Made by a program: the position numbers and the translations under genes. DNA of 64,000 nt from Sminthopsis crassicaudata. Lineage: Eukaryota. The DNA lies in contig NC_133617.1 in assembly GCF_048593235.1 (NCBI RefSeq), positions 6,825,607 to 6,889,606 of the forward strand, read 5' to 3'. Under the pieces are notes generated by a model that was not told the DNA's origin, searched no databases, and saw only the letters and a program-made list of their open reading frames with translations. Each line of letters opens with the position of its first letter. The stretch's first letter is position 1. Shown in pieces: positions 52,310 to 62,764 of the stretch.

Positions 52310-53085
52310 AATTACATCTAAATGATCAAAGGATATGAAGAAACGATTCTCCAAAGAGACATAAAGACCATATGATTGCCCCAAATCACTGATTATAAGT
52401 GAAATACGAATCAAAACAGCCCCGAGGTTTTAGCTCCATTTCAAGTTGGCAAAGATGACAAAAAATGAGAAGGGTTGGTGCCGGAGACTTAGTGGAAAGA
52501 AGGACACCCCGATGCATTGTTGGTGAATGGTGAGTCAGTATAACCGTCATGGAAGAGCCGTCTGGAACCCTTCGATTCTAAGATTTCACTGCTATACCTA
52601 TAACCTGCCCCAGTCAGTGTCAAACAGGAGGGGCCCACATATACCACGAGATCTGGTGGCAAAGTAGATGCCCATCCATTGGGGAATGGCTGTGCCAACT
52701 GGCACATGGACATAAGCTTGGGTGCCGTAAGAAATGTGAATACAGAGAACCCTGGGAAACTCTCCAGGAACTTACTCAGAGACAAGAAGAAAAGGGTCAT
52801 GTCGACTCCCACATGAAAATGGAGAGAACTGGAAAGCTATTTCAGCGGAATATTCACCAGTGCACTGGTAAAGACCACAGCTGGGCCCAAAGAGCAGAGA
52901 TGAGAAGACAGCTCTCCTATTCCCCTGCAGAAGTCCGAGGATGTGGCTGTGAAATGCTGTGTAAACCCGACACTTTTGGATATCTGAGATTTTTTCCCCT
53001 TTTATTATGAGCTTGGGAGGAATAGAGAGGAAAATGCAGATGATGTAAAATACTATACCAATAAAATTTATTTTTAAAAAATTTC
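52310..53085 (+). mobile_element. Old L1 3' fragment
   Basis: Remnants of L1 ORF2 C-terminus ('aaatcactgattataagtgaaatacgaatcaaaaca', 'atgcattgttggtga') and A-rich end. Confidence 0.7.
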
Positions 53086-54391
53086 TACCTATGAGACACT
53101 AAGCTCTATAAAAGTAGGGATTGTGTCTTAGAACCAAGATTTATCTTCTTGGCACTTGACTTGGTGCTTTGTACAAGCTTCTGGACAGGGCCTGGGCTTG
53201 TGATTTTGGTGGCTTTGAGAGTGAGGAAAGTCCCTCCTTTAATGCAGATCGGATTCTTCTCAGCATCCGGGAATCTAACCAGACTCCCCTCCGCTGGGTG
53301 TGGCAGAGAACTCAAATCTAGGTGGTCTTGGCTTCACAACTCCCTAGCCATTACAGTGCACTGCGCAGCTACACCAGCTCTACGGAGCGGAAGCATAATG
53401 TAGATTGACTTGAATTCTCTGCCAGAAAGGTTTCACTTCTACCTTAATATGCCAATTCATACATTTCTGGTCTTCTGGGACAGTCTCCCTAGATTTATGG
53501 ATAAGCCAATGGCTCAGTGGCTCCCTGCAACACCAACTGATAATCTCCTTGGAAAATTGCCCCACCACCAAAATCAGCTCGCCATTTACCCTTCTACTAG
53601 CTTGCCTATAAAACCAATGTTCTCAGTCCATCTTAGGGCATATTTCTTAAATCTTTTGGCTTAAATGAAGGGCCTTCTCCCTGGGGACTCTTCCCAGGTA
53701 TATGCTATCCCGAAAGCATTTATAATGGTTGAGCAGGTAGCATCACGGCATTATTGTTCCTGACCTAAGCCTGCCAGTGGAGAACTATGTAATTGCAAGA
53801 AACTGAGCCTGAGTCGCTGAGTCGGCGTTGGATAAACAGCAGCCAGTGTGAGCGCAGCTGCTTGGGGGACGTAAGTGGGCTGGTTTGTAACTGTCTTAAA
53901 AAACAACTAAATAGACATAGGTTTTATTCTTATTTGTGTAAGTGGATGTTTGGTGACAGTTATGAAGGCTAGAATTTTAAATGGTGGTTTTCTATTTAAA
54001 ATGCTACATTTAACCATAAAATCTGATTATGGTCCTATGGAGTTTTGAAATAGAAACGGGGTCTCAAACTCCTGTGTACGCCCCCCTAAGTTGTCTTCAT
54101 GGGCCTCGGCCACTGCATGGTTTTTGGTCCCAGGGAAAGGGGGCTCTCAGGCCGTTTGCAAAGCTCGGGGCCCACACTGGTCATCCTTCGCTGAGATTCA
54201 CCGCCCAGCCCTTTCCATGTCGTGCCCCGTCCCTCCTTACCCTTCCCATCCCTTTGAAGCTTCTCGGGTTTTCTCCATCCCGCCACCATCGGCCCTCCCC
54301 CCTCCCCTATACAAGTTCTCCAAGGGAAGCTCCTTGAGGGCAGCTATTTCTTAGCGCAGAGCTTGACTCAAACATTCTAAGTGCTACTGCA

Positions 54392-54798
54392 CCCAGAGGC
54401 CCGCACTCTAACAGTGCCCGGCCGCGCCCAGGGGCCCAAACGCCTAACAGGCCCGTGCCGGGGCTGGTGCCCAGAGGCCCGCACTCTAACAGTGCCCGGC
54501 CGCGCCCAGGGGCCCAAACGCCTAACAGGCCGGTGCCGGGGCTGGCACCCAGAGGCCCGCACTCCAACAAGCTCAGTGCCCGGCGGCGCCCAGGGGCCCA
54601 AATGCCTAACAGGCCCGTGCCGGGGCTGGCGCCCAGAGGCCCGCACTCTAACAGTGCCCGGGCCGCGCCCAGGGGCCCAAACGCCTAACAGGCCCGTGCC
54701 GGGGCTGGCGCCCAGAGGCCCGCACTCTAACAGTGCCCGGCCGCGCCCAGGGGCCCAAACGCCTAACAGGCCCGTGCCGGGGCTGGCGCCCAGAGGCC
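54392..54798. repeat. 78-bp GC-rich tandem repeat, 5 units plus a partial unit (78, 78, 84, 79, 78 bp)
   Basis: Unit starts (CCCAGAGGC) at 54392, 54470, 54548, 54632, 54711 and 54789. Confidence 0.95.
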
Positions 54799-55946
54799 TG
54801 ACATTTTCAGGGAGCCGATATTTGAGAAGCGGAGCAGAGCCCAGAAGTGCCCGGATTTGAGGGAGGCTGGGAAGGGTTCCTTGGAGAGGGGGTCCTGAGC
54901 TGAGGCGGGAGGGAGGCTCTGGGTGCTGCCCGGGGCCGGCCGTGCCAAGGGCGGCGCATCCACTGTCTCCTTCGTGGCGCAAGGTCCCGTGCTTGGCCAG
55001 CGTGGTCGAGGTGATTGCTGCCATCCCACCGGTCGTGTGGAGACTGGGGCCTTGGGCACGCCGGGAGAGGACATGGGGAGGGGCTGTTCCCCGTGATTCC
55101 CGGGCAGGGGGCTTATGGCAGGCCCTGCCTCAGACCCTTAGTATTTGACTCTGGCCGCTCGCTTCCCCTCTTTGTCGCACAAGGTTCTTATACCCAAACC
55201 AGACATTTGAAAGCCCTTAGGTGGTGCCCGGCACATAGAAGGCGCCTAATAAATGCTTGTTCTCTTGGCGCCCCCTCCCCCGTGTGCCGCAAGGTAGACA
55301 AGCGCAGGCGCACTCGGGCCGCGGCCCCGCCCCTCATCCTGCCCCGGCCAGTGCCTTCACTTGCTCCTGGGCTGCGGGAGCTGGGGGAGGGCGTCAGTGA
55401 GTGTCCGCTGAGGGGGCCGGAAGTGCCCGCCGCCCCACGGGCAGGAGGTGCAGCCCGGATGCTGATCCCGCCCCCTCCCCAATCTTTCCCAATTTCCAGG
55501 GCCCGGCTCGATGCTCAGCGGCGGAGGGAGTCCCAGGCCCGACGCCGTGCCGGCCGCTTCTCCAGAGGCCCGGCCCACAGTCACCCTCTGGGGGACCCCG
55601 GCCCCTCCGCGCGCACGGGGACGGCTCAGGACGGCGAGGGGCCCCGCTTTCCACGGGCTGGGCCGGCCCTCAGGGACTCGGCTTCTCGGAGGGCGGGGCT
55701 CCCGGGGGGAGGACGGAGGGTCCGCACCAGACGGGGCGGGGATCCCTCACGGGATGGGGGGCGCGGCTTCTAGAGTCCCCAAATCCCACCGGTCCCCCGC
55801 TTCTTCCGAACCCCCTGCGCCCATCGCGGGGTCCCCGCCCTCGCAGCTCGGCCACACGCTCCCCCGCCCGGCGTGCCCCTTTTCCTTAGAGGGCGGGGGC
55901 CGACCCGGGAGCCCCTCCACTCCAGTGGGCCGGAGGCTGGGGAGTG

Positions 55947-56310
55947 CGTGACGTCATCTCTCCTTGAACCAGACCGGGCGGCCCCCAGCGCTTCCTGGGC
56001 ATGCGCACACCTGGCCCTGGCCACCGCACTACGTTTCCCGTGAGGCTTTGCCGGACTCTGCCCCGCCCTCCATCCGGGGACGACCATGATCCCCCAGGTG
56101 AAGGCGGGGCCGTGGCTCGGGGTGGAGCCTGAGACTGTCTCCCTCCCCCTCGGAGCGCGCGGGCCTGGCTCGGACTGCGACGCTTCAGGGCCCTGAGACC
56201 CCCCCTGGCCGTGGCAGTGACCTTTACCCCCGGAGAGTGGGGGCGGTGGGCTCCGCGGAGAAACTGCGCCGGGCGGTGAAGCGGAGACTTCGAGAACCTG
56301 GCCTGCTCGG
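55947..56310 (+). promoter_or_regulatory. Probable gene D promoter and candidate exon 1 (donor GTGAGA at 56311)
   Basis: CRE GTGACGTCA near 55948; GCATGCGCA at 55999-56007; ACTACGTTTCCCGTGAGGCT from 56028; CpG island. An opposite-facing ETS site (CCGGAAGT, near 55417) suggests bidirectionality. Confidence 0.55.
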
Positions 56311-56809
56311 GTGAGAGGGGGCGGCGTCGCGCGCCTGGGCTGCCCCACCCCCACCCCGACCCGGCCTCTGCCTGCCCCACAACTGCGGGTGGGGACGTTT
56401 GCCAGCTCGGGCCCCGCCGCTGCCCTCCCCTCTTTGCCCCCCCCAGACCCTCCCTTTCCCCCCCCCACGCTCCCCTCCCGCCCAAAGCGGCTGCGGGGGG
56501 GGGCGGGGCGGGGGGTACAGAAGCCCGCCATGGCGGGGGAGGGGCAGAATCTTAGCTTGGATCCCCCTTCAGTTCCTCCTTGGCAGCCCCGTACAAGGGG
56601 CCTGGGGGGGAGGGGGCCGGCTGCTGCCCCGCCCCCACCCTGCGCGCCCCGGCTCCAAACCCTGCGGGATCTGCCGCTTAACGCAGGGGGAGCACCCGGG
56701 GAGGGCTCGGGGCCTTCAGGGGCTAATGGGAGAGGGCCTCTACTTCTCCTGCAGTGATGGACAAAGGCCCCCGATGCCCGTTCATCTAGTGTGCCCGGCC
56801 ACCAGGCTG

Positions 56810-57290
56810 CGGCCAGCCCCTCTCCCATCCCGACCCCCGTGCCAGCCCCCCCATCCCGACCCCAGTGCAAGCCCCCCCATCCCAACCCCCAGGCCAGGCT
56901 CTGACCATCCCGACCCCTGTGCCAGCCCCCCATCCTGACCCCAATGCAAGCCCCCCCATCCCGTCCCCCGTGCCAGCCCCCCCATCCCAACCCCCGTGCA
57001 AGCCCCCCCATCCCGACCCCCATTGCCAGCCCCTCTCCCATACCGTCCCCGTGCCAGCCCCCCATCCTTAACCGTGCCAGCCCCCCATCCCGACCCCCAG
57101 GCCAAGCTCTGACCATCCCGACCCTCATGCCAGCCCCTCTCCCATCCTGACCCCTGTGCCAGCTCACCCGTGCCAGCCCCCCCTCCTGTCCCCGTGCCAG
57201 TCCCCATCCCGTCCCCCGTGCCAGCCCCCCATCCCGACCCCAATGCAAGCCCCCCCCCATCCTGACCCCCAGTACCTCCCATCCCGCCCC
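56810..57290. repeat. C-rich minisatellite, variable unit of about 20-26 bp (CCCCCATCCCGACCCCCGTGCCAGC-like)
   Basis: Direct reading of the sequence; G-run-rich on the minus strand. Confidence 0.9.
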
Positions 57291-59655
57291 CCAGCCGGGC
57301 TCCGGCCCCTCACCTCAGCCTGTCTCTCCTGCCTCCCTTGAGCGCGCCCTCCCGAGGGCCCGGGGGTCTCCATGGGGGCGGTCTTCCAGGGGCCTTGGTC
57401 CTTGCACTCTGAGCCAGGGCTGGCGGAAAGCCTCCTCCCTTTCCTTCCGCGGCCGCCTCAGAGAGGGGCACTGGGGTCCCCCTGGCCTGGGGCACGGACG
57501 GGGCCCTCGCGGCCAGCTCCAGCTGCTGCCTGCACCCTGACCTGCGTCCGGCGGGCGAGCCCCCCAAGCTGGCCTGCCGTGCGGTCCTCCAGTTGCCTCC
57601 ACTCTGCCCCCCTCAAGCCCTTTCGGTTATTCCCTGGGGGGTCAGCCCCGCTTAGGCTCACACTGGCACTGCTCATCCACTTGGCTCTCCTGGGTGGATG
57701 GTGCGACCAGCGCCCCCCACCGCAGATTCCCGCGAGCGCCGTGATGGGGGCACCCTCCCCCTCCGTGCCTCGCACTGGCCAGCGGGCTCTGGTTCCCCCA
57801 CCGGAGCTCCCACCCTCCAGAGCCGGGAGTTGCATCTGTCCGCAGGCGGGTGCCCCTCCTCCTGCGCCTCTGCAGTCCGGGCCTCGCTTGTGAACCTTTG
57901 AGAAACATTCCGGCTGTTACCCCGAGCAGTGTGTCCGAGCCTCCCCCAGGTGGGACCCCGGCTTCTGGGTGAGCTAGAGAGCGAGGGTCCGGCTTGGGAG
58001 GGTCAGCGCCTGGGGCCCTGTCTCTGCTCACTGGTGACCGCCGGAGCCTCCCATGGCAGAGCTGGCGCCCCTCCCAAACCCTTCCCTTCTGCCTTAGTTT
58101 TCTTTATTCTTTGTGTTCAAACAAGGACCATTTAATCAGCCAATCAGCAAGCACTGAGTAATTGCCTACTGTGTGCTAGGCACTGCCAGGGGGTGGGGGT
58201 CAGGAGCGCTCTTGAAGGGAGAAGATTTGGCTCCTTTGCCCCCTCCGGCCTTACCCTACAAACTTACCTTGTACTTAATTTCTGTGGTGGGGCTGGGGAG
58301 GTGGGAGCGGTCTTTCCGTCTTCTGGGCCTAGGACCACATGGTGGCGTCTAATTAATGCTTATATGGTGTAGCCCATGGAAGCAGCCGGGAGAGCTGGAG
58401 AATAGAGTGTATGAGGGAAGGGGTCAGCAAGGAGATGTTGTGAAGGCCTCGAAGGCCACCAGAAGAGGCAGGAGGGAGCCACTGAAGCTTCTGGATCAGG
58501 AGTGGGTCAGAGCAAGAAGCCCGGGCCGGGTGAGAGGGTGGGCAGTGGGATGGGTGCAAAGAAGGGGCCCGGAACTCTTCCCATCCTCCCTGGGCTTGCA
58601 AAGCAAGGCTATGGACGCCATCTTTCTCTCATTCCATGCAGAAGCGTTTGTTAAAAGGCCTACTGTGTGCCGGGCCCTGGAGATGCAAAGCCGTGAGTCC
58701 GTCCCTGCTCTCGGGAGCTTCCACTGGGCCCTGCCCCCGAGTTAACTTTCCCCATGTGTTGGAACTAGAACGTTAGAGTACAGAGAGCCGGGCCGACTAA
58801 GAGTTGGTCAGTCAGCATTTATTAAACGCCTACTGCGTGGCAAATGCAAGGCCGCGCTCAGCACTGAGGGTGCAAAGAGAGGCAAAAACCGCCCCAGCCG
58901 TGAGGAGGTGCCTGGTCGATGGGTACCGGGTACCGGAAGAGTCCTGCAGCCTCCAGGCCGGGGACGGGGCTGATCCTGGCTCTGCCATTTGTAAGAGATG
59001 CAGGACGAGTGTCTCCAAGACCCTCCAGCCAGGAACCACCCACGTGGTGAGAGGAGTCTCCCCAAGAAAGGCCTGGCATTCTGCCCGTGGCTGTTTCCTC
59101 AGCCCCACCGTTGTTCCTGATACATTTATTACGTCATATTAATGATACACGGAGCCGAGTGGGGACCAGCGTGACTTTCTTGGTGTCCTCTAGCACTCGC
59201 GCAGGGCCTGACTCAGAGTGTGAAGGACAGTTCAGTCCCCCTCCAGGCCCAATTTAAGACCGTCTCGGGACCACCCTCCCTAATTGTCTGCTGTCCCTTC
59301 AGCAGCAGAGGGGACACATAGGGAGCCGGCCCCAGCCTTTACCTAATTGACCCCTGGAGTTCTGGCTCTGCTGATTTAATTGCGTGATCTTAATTAAGCA
59401 AGTTAGTCCTTCTCTCTCAGTCTGAGCTCCCAAACCGACAAAAGGCGGAGGCCGGTCAGGCTCCTCTCTAGCACCGAGATTTCACAGGGCGCCCATTGGA
59501 TTTTGGTTCACCCTCATTTTTAGATTATTTTTTATGGAAACAGCATGTTATTAATACTTGCTTTACTCTTTTGGAGTTTACACATTATTTTTCCTGCTTC
59601 TGGTCTGGTATTTAACAGGGAAGAGGAAACGTAGTCTTTAAAATTGTTCTTTCAG

Positions 59656-59830
59656 GTTGGGAGATGAATCATATAAGCCAGATGTTCCCCCCAAAGCTGA
59701 ACTTTTTCACGGATATCTCTGCCCAGGATGAACTCCCAAAGGAGAGCCCCTGTGTCTCTGGGGTGGCAGAGGCTAGGGAAAGTGGTTCCAAGGCGGGGAA
59801 GGTGCAGGAAAATGAGGAGAAACATCCTGA
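59656..59830 (+). CDS. ZNF gene D, first part of the ancestral zinc-finger exon (spacer; first in-frame ATG at 59664)
   Basis: Acceptor 'ttctttcag|GT TGG GAG', same as gene A exon 5; open for 57 codons, then GA|GTAAGT donor. Confidence 0.7.
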
Positions 59831-60037
59831 GTAAGTAAACATTGTATAGGGGGGGGACTTTGGGTGAACAGAAAGGCCAGGAGTGGAATAAATATGGCAG
59901 AGACTTCATTCTCAGGTTAATGTGCTAGCAAGAATTGTAGAGAAAGTCTTTTCACGCAGGATCATCCCAGAGAGAATATCAGATTCTATTCAGGACTGGG
60001 TAAATATAGTCTAAACTGTTCAAAAGAAGGCTGGAAG

Positions 60038-60190
60038 GGGGCAGTCGGGTGGCGCAGTGGATAGAGCACCAGCCCTGAATTCAAGAGGACCCGAGTTCAA
60101 ATCTGGTCTCAGACATTTAACACTTCCTCGCTGCGTGAACCTGGGCAAGTCACTTAACCCCATTTGCCTCGGGAAAAGAAAAAATAAAAA
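60038..60190 (+). mobile_element. Marsupial CORE-SINE (WSINE1/Mar1-like) inside the putative new intron of gene D
   Basis: 'ggggcagtcgggtggcgcagtggatagagcacc...gcaagtcacttaacccc' plus A-rich tail. Confidence 0.9.
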
Positions 60191-60328
60191 GACTGGATGA
60201 ATGAAAAAAATCATGTGATAATCAAGATCTTCATGAAAAACAGAATCTGTACCTTAGAGAAACCTCCTGAATATAGTAAAGGTGGAAACTGTCTGACGCC
60301 CCAACTTAACTATTTTTTTCTATCACAG

Positions 60329-60932
60329 AACTGAAGGGAAATCCCCTCTTTGTAATGAGAGTGGAAATCCTTCCGTGACACAGAGCGGGACCGGCGTGTG
60401 CCAGAGCAAAGAGGTGGCCCGAGCCCAGAAAGCGCGCGATGGGGAGCAGTCTAGTGAGGGCAAGAAATTCTTCTGCAGGCGCCTTACCCAGCAGCCCCCG
60501 AGTCACTGCATAGACCGGCATTACTCCTGCACTCACTGCGAGAAGGCCTTCTGCCGGGTCTCAGACCTGGCCCAGCACGTGAAGACTCACACCGAGGAGA
60601 AGAACTACAAGTGTCAAGAGTGTGGGAAGGACTTCTACTCCAGCTCGGGGCTCACTCAGCACAAGAAATTCCACACGGCCGTGAAGCTTTTTCAGTGTAA
60701 CGAATGTAGCCGGGCCTTCCGCAAGAACAAACAACTGGCCCGACATCAGAGAGTCCACAAAGCGCAGAAACTCCACAAATGCAAAGAATGTGGGAAGGGG
60801 TTCTTTGAGAACAAATCCCTCACCGTCCACCAGAGAATTCACAGTGGGGAGAAGCCTTTTGAGTGCTCAGAATGTGGGAGGGCCTTCCGCCGGAACTCCC
60901 ACCTCACTCGACACCTGAAAACTCACGAATAG
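60329..60932 (+). CDS. ZNF gene D terminal exon with 5 C2H2 fingers. Predicted CDS = join(59664-59830, 60329-60932), 256 aa, no KRAB found
   Basis: Branch point CTTAAC, poly(T) tract and CACAG acceptor; phase-2 junction is in frame with the 185-aa finger ORF; AATAAA at 61036. Confidence 0.78.
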
Positions 60933-62239
60933 AAAAGGCCCAGTTGCATCAAACTGAAGGATTCTCTCAATCAAAATAAGAAAATGTGTCCCAATTTTAA
61001 ACTTTTTCGATCCACGTGGGAGGGCTTTCTGCAGAAATAAACCACTCGGTGTTATTTTGTTAAGTGTTTTTTGGATGCTTTTCTTTTTCTTTGGTATTCA
61101 GCAACTCTAAACCAATAAGTTAAAGCCCCCCTGTGTAACAGAAGTTTGATCCAGCACATTAAATGCACGCACTTTCTATCTCTGATAAATGTGTGCTTCA
61201 CGTTCTCATCTGTCACCAGTATACCAAGAGATGGATAGCAAGATTCACCACCACTGGTCATCTGGAATCATGTTGGGTGACAGCAGTAATTTGGGTTCTT
61301 AATCTTTTCATAAATTTTCTTTTACTGGGCTGTCAATGGACACATTGTCATCGGTTCATACGGATTCCTTCATGTTTCTCTGAATCCATACCCGATTTTA
61401 AAAGTTGCTACAACTATTTTTTAGCCTTTGGGCCTTTTCCTTGTTTATTTGATCCTTTTGAGGTATATCCCTAATCATGGCATGGCTGGGTCAGGAAGTA
61501 CAGTTGGATGACTTTGAGTAATAGATACCTCCAAAAGCTGGACCAACTCATGGCTCCAAAAGAGTTGCAGTAGAGTGTCTCTTCTCTTGACTATTGTTAT
61601 TTAGAAATTGTTGTCATCTTTGCCAAGCTGAACAGTCTGAGGTGCTGGATTTTATTTAATTTACATTTTTTTGCTTGAATTGGAGCATTTTATCATATGG
61701 TTGTTGAAAGCTTTTATCTCCTTCCTTGAAAATAATTCTTTCAACATTTATATATATTGAAGAGCAGCTTTTTGTTTTTATGTATGTTAATGGGTTCCTT
61801 GTGTGTATCAGTTTAATATCAGACCTTCATCAGAGAAGCCTGCTAACACTCTTTTCCTACTTAATCTGAATATATAAAAGCCTTTTAATTTCGTATAATC
61901 GATATTGTTCATTTTATCCACTATGATACTCTCAATTCTTTGTCTGGGTAAGTGCTTTTCTCCCATACAAAAATTCTTTCATTTCTCAAAATTGCTTCCG
62001 ATTTGACTTTTAATATTGAAATTGTATCCCTTTCGAGATTCTGGTAGTTTATGGTCTAAATTTGCGCTTCTGCCAGACTGATTTTTCCCAGCAGTTTTTT
62101 CACATAGTGAGTCCTCAGTCCAGGTTTATCAAACATTGTATAGTTAGGCTCATTCATTTCTGTATTACGAACCTATTCTGGTGTTCTTCCCCTAATTTCC
62201 AAATCCACCTGGTATGACAAACTTGAGGGCTCTATGTAG

Positions 62240-62764
62240 GTTTTTTCCCCTAGCCCTAACATCTCCCCAGCTTCCAATCCTGCCCCTCCAGCTACTTACA
62301 TTTGATCTCTCCACAGGATATTCCTCAGACATCTTAAAGGTGCTGTGTCCAACAGGAATTTCCTGTCTTTTCCACTAAACCCCACCCTCTCTCAGGCCCT
62401 TTTTATTGTTGAAGATGCCTCATCCTCCTAGTCACCCGGGCTCCCAGTAACAATGTTCTCAACTCTTTGTGATCAGCCCCACGCCCTTGTCTGTCCCCTC
62501 TCTTCTTCGACATGGCTACGACCTCAGGCCCCTTCCCCACTCTAGAACCCCTCCATCCAGCCAAGCGGGTGACCTTCCTGAAGCCTGCTTGGCAGTCCCC
62601 CCACTTGAGCCCTCCCTTCAGTAACTCCCCCAACCCCCAGGCAATTGGGGTAAAGTGATTTGTCCAGGGTCACAGCTAGGAAATGTTAATTGTCAGATCA
62701 GATTTGAACTGAGGTCCTCGACTTCAGGACTGGTGCTCTATCCACTGGGCCACCTAGCTGACCC
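62240..62764. mobile_element. L2 fragment (about 62240-62625, +) and CORE-SINE (62640-62764, -)
   Basis: L2 'ctcagacatcttaaa..gtgtccaa..' pattern; SINE head reverse complement 'ctatccactgggccacctagctgacccc'. Confidence 0.75.

Noticed and set aside
54392-54798. Repeat array as CRISPR-like
   Set aside because: Eukaryotic DNA; units are tandem with no unique spacers and no cas genes.
55770-57260. 496-aa minus-strand ORF
   Set aside because: Produced by a CpG island plus a G-rich minisatellite; low complexity, no ATG/splice context.
57593-57693. Candidate exon ending HLALLG|gt as a divergent KRAB-A
   Set aside because: Wrong length (101 bp), weak donor, and lacks the VTF.DVA..F..EEW and LY..VMLENY cores.
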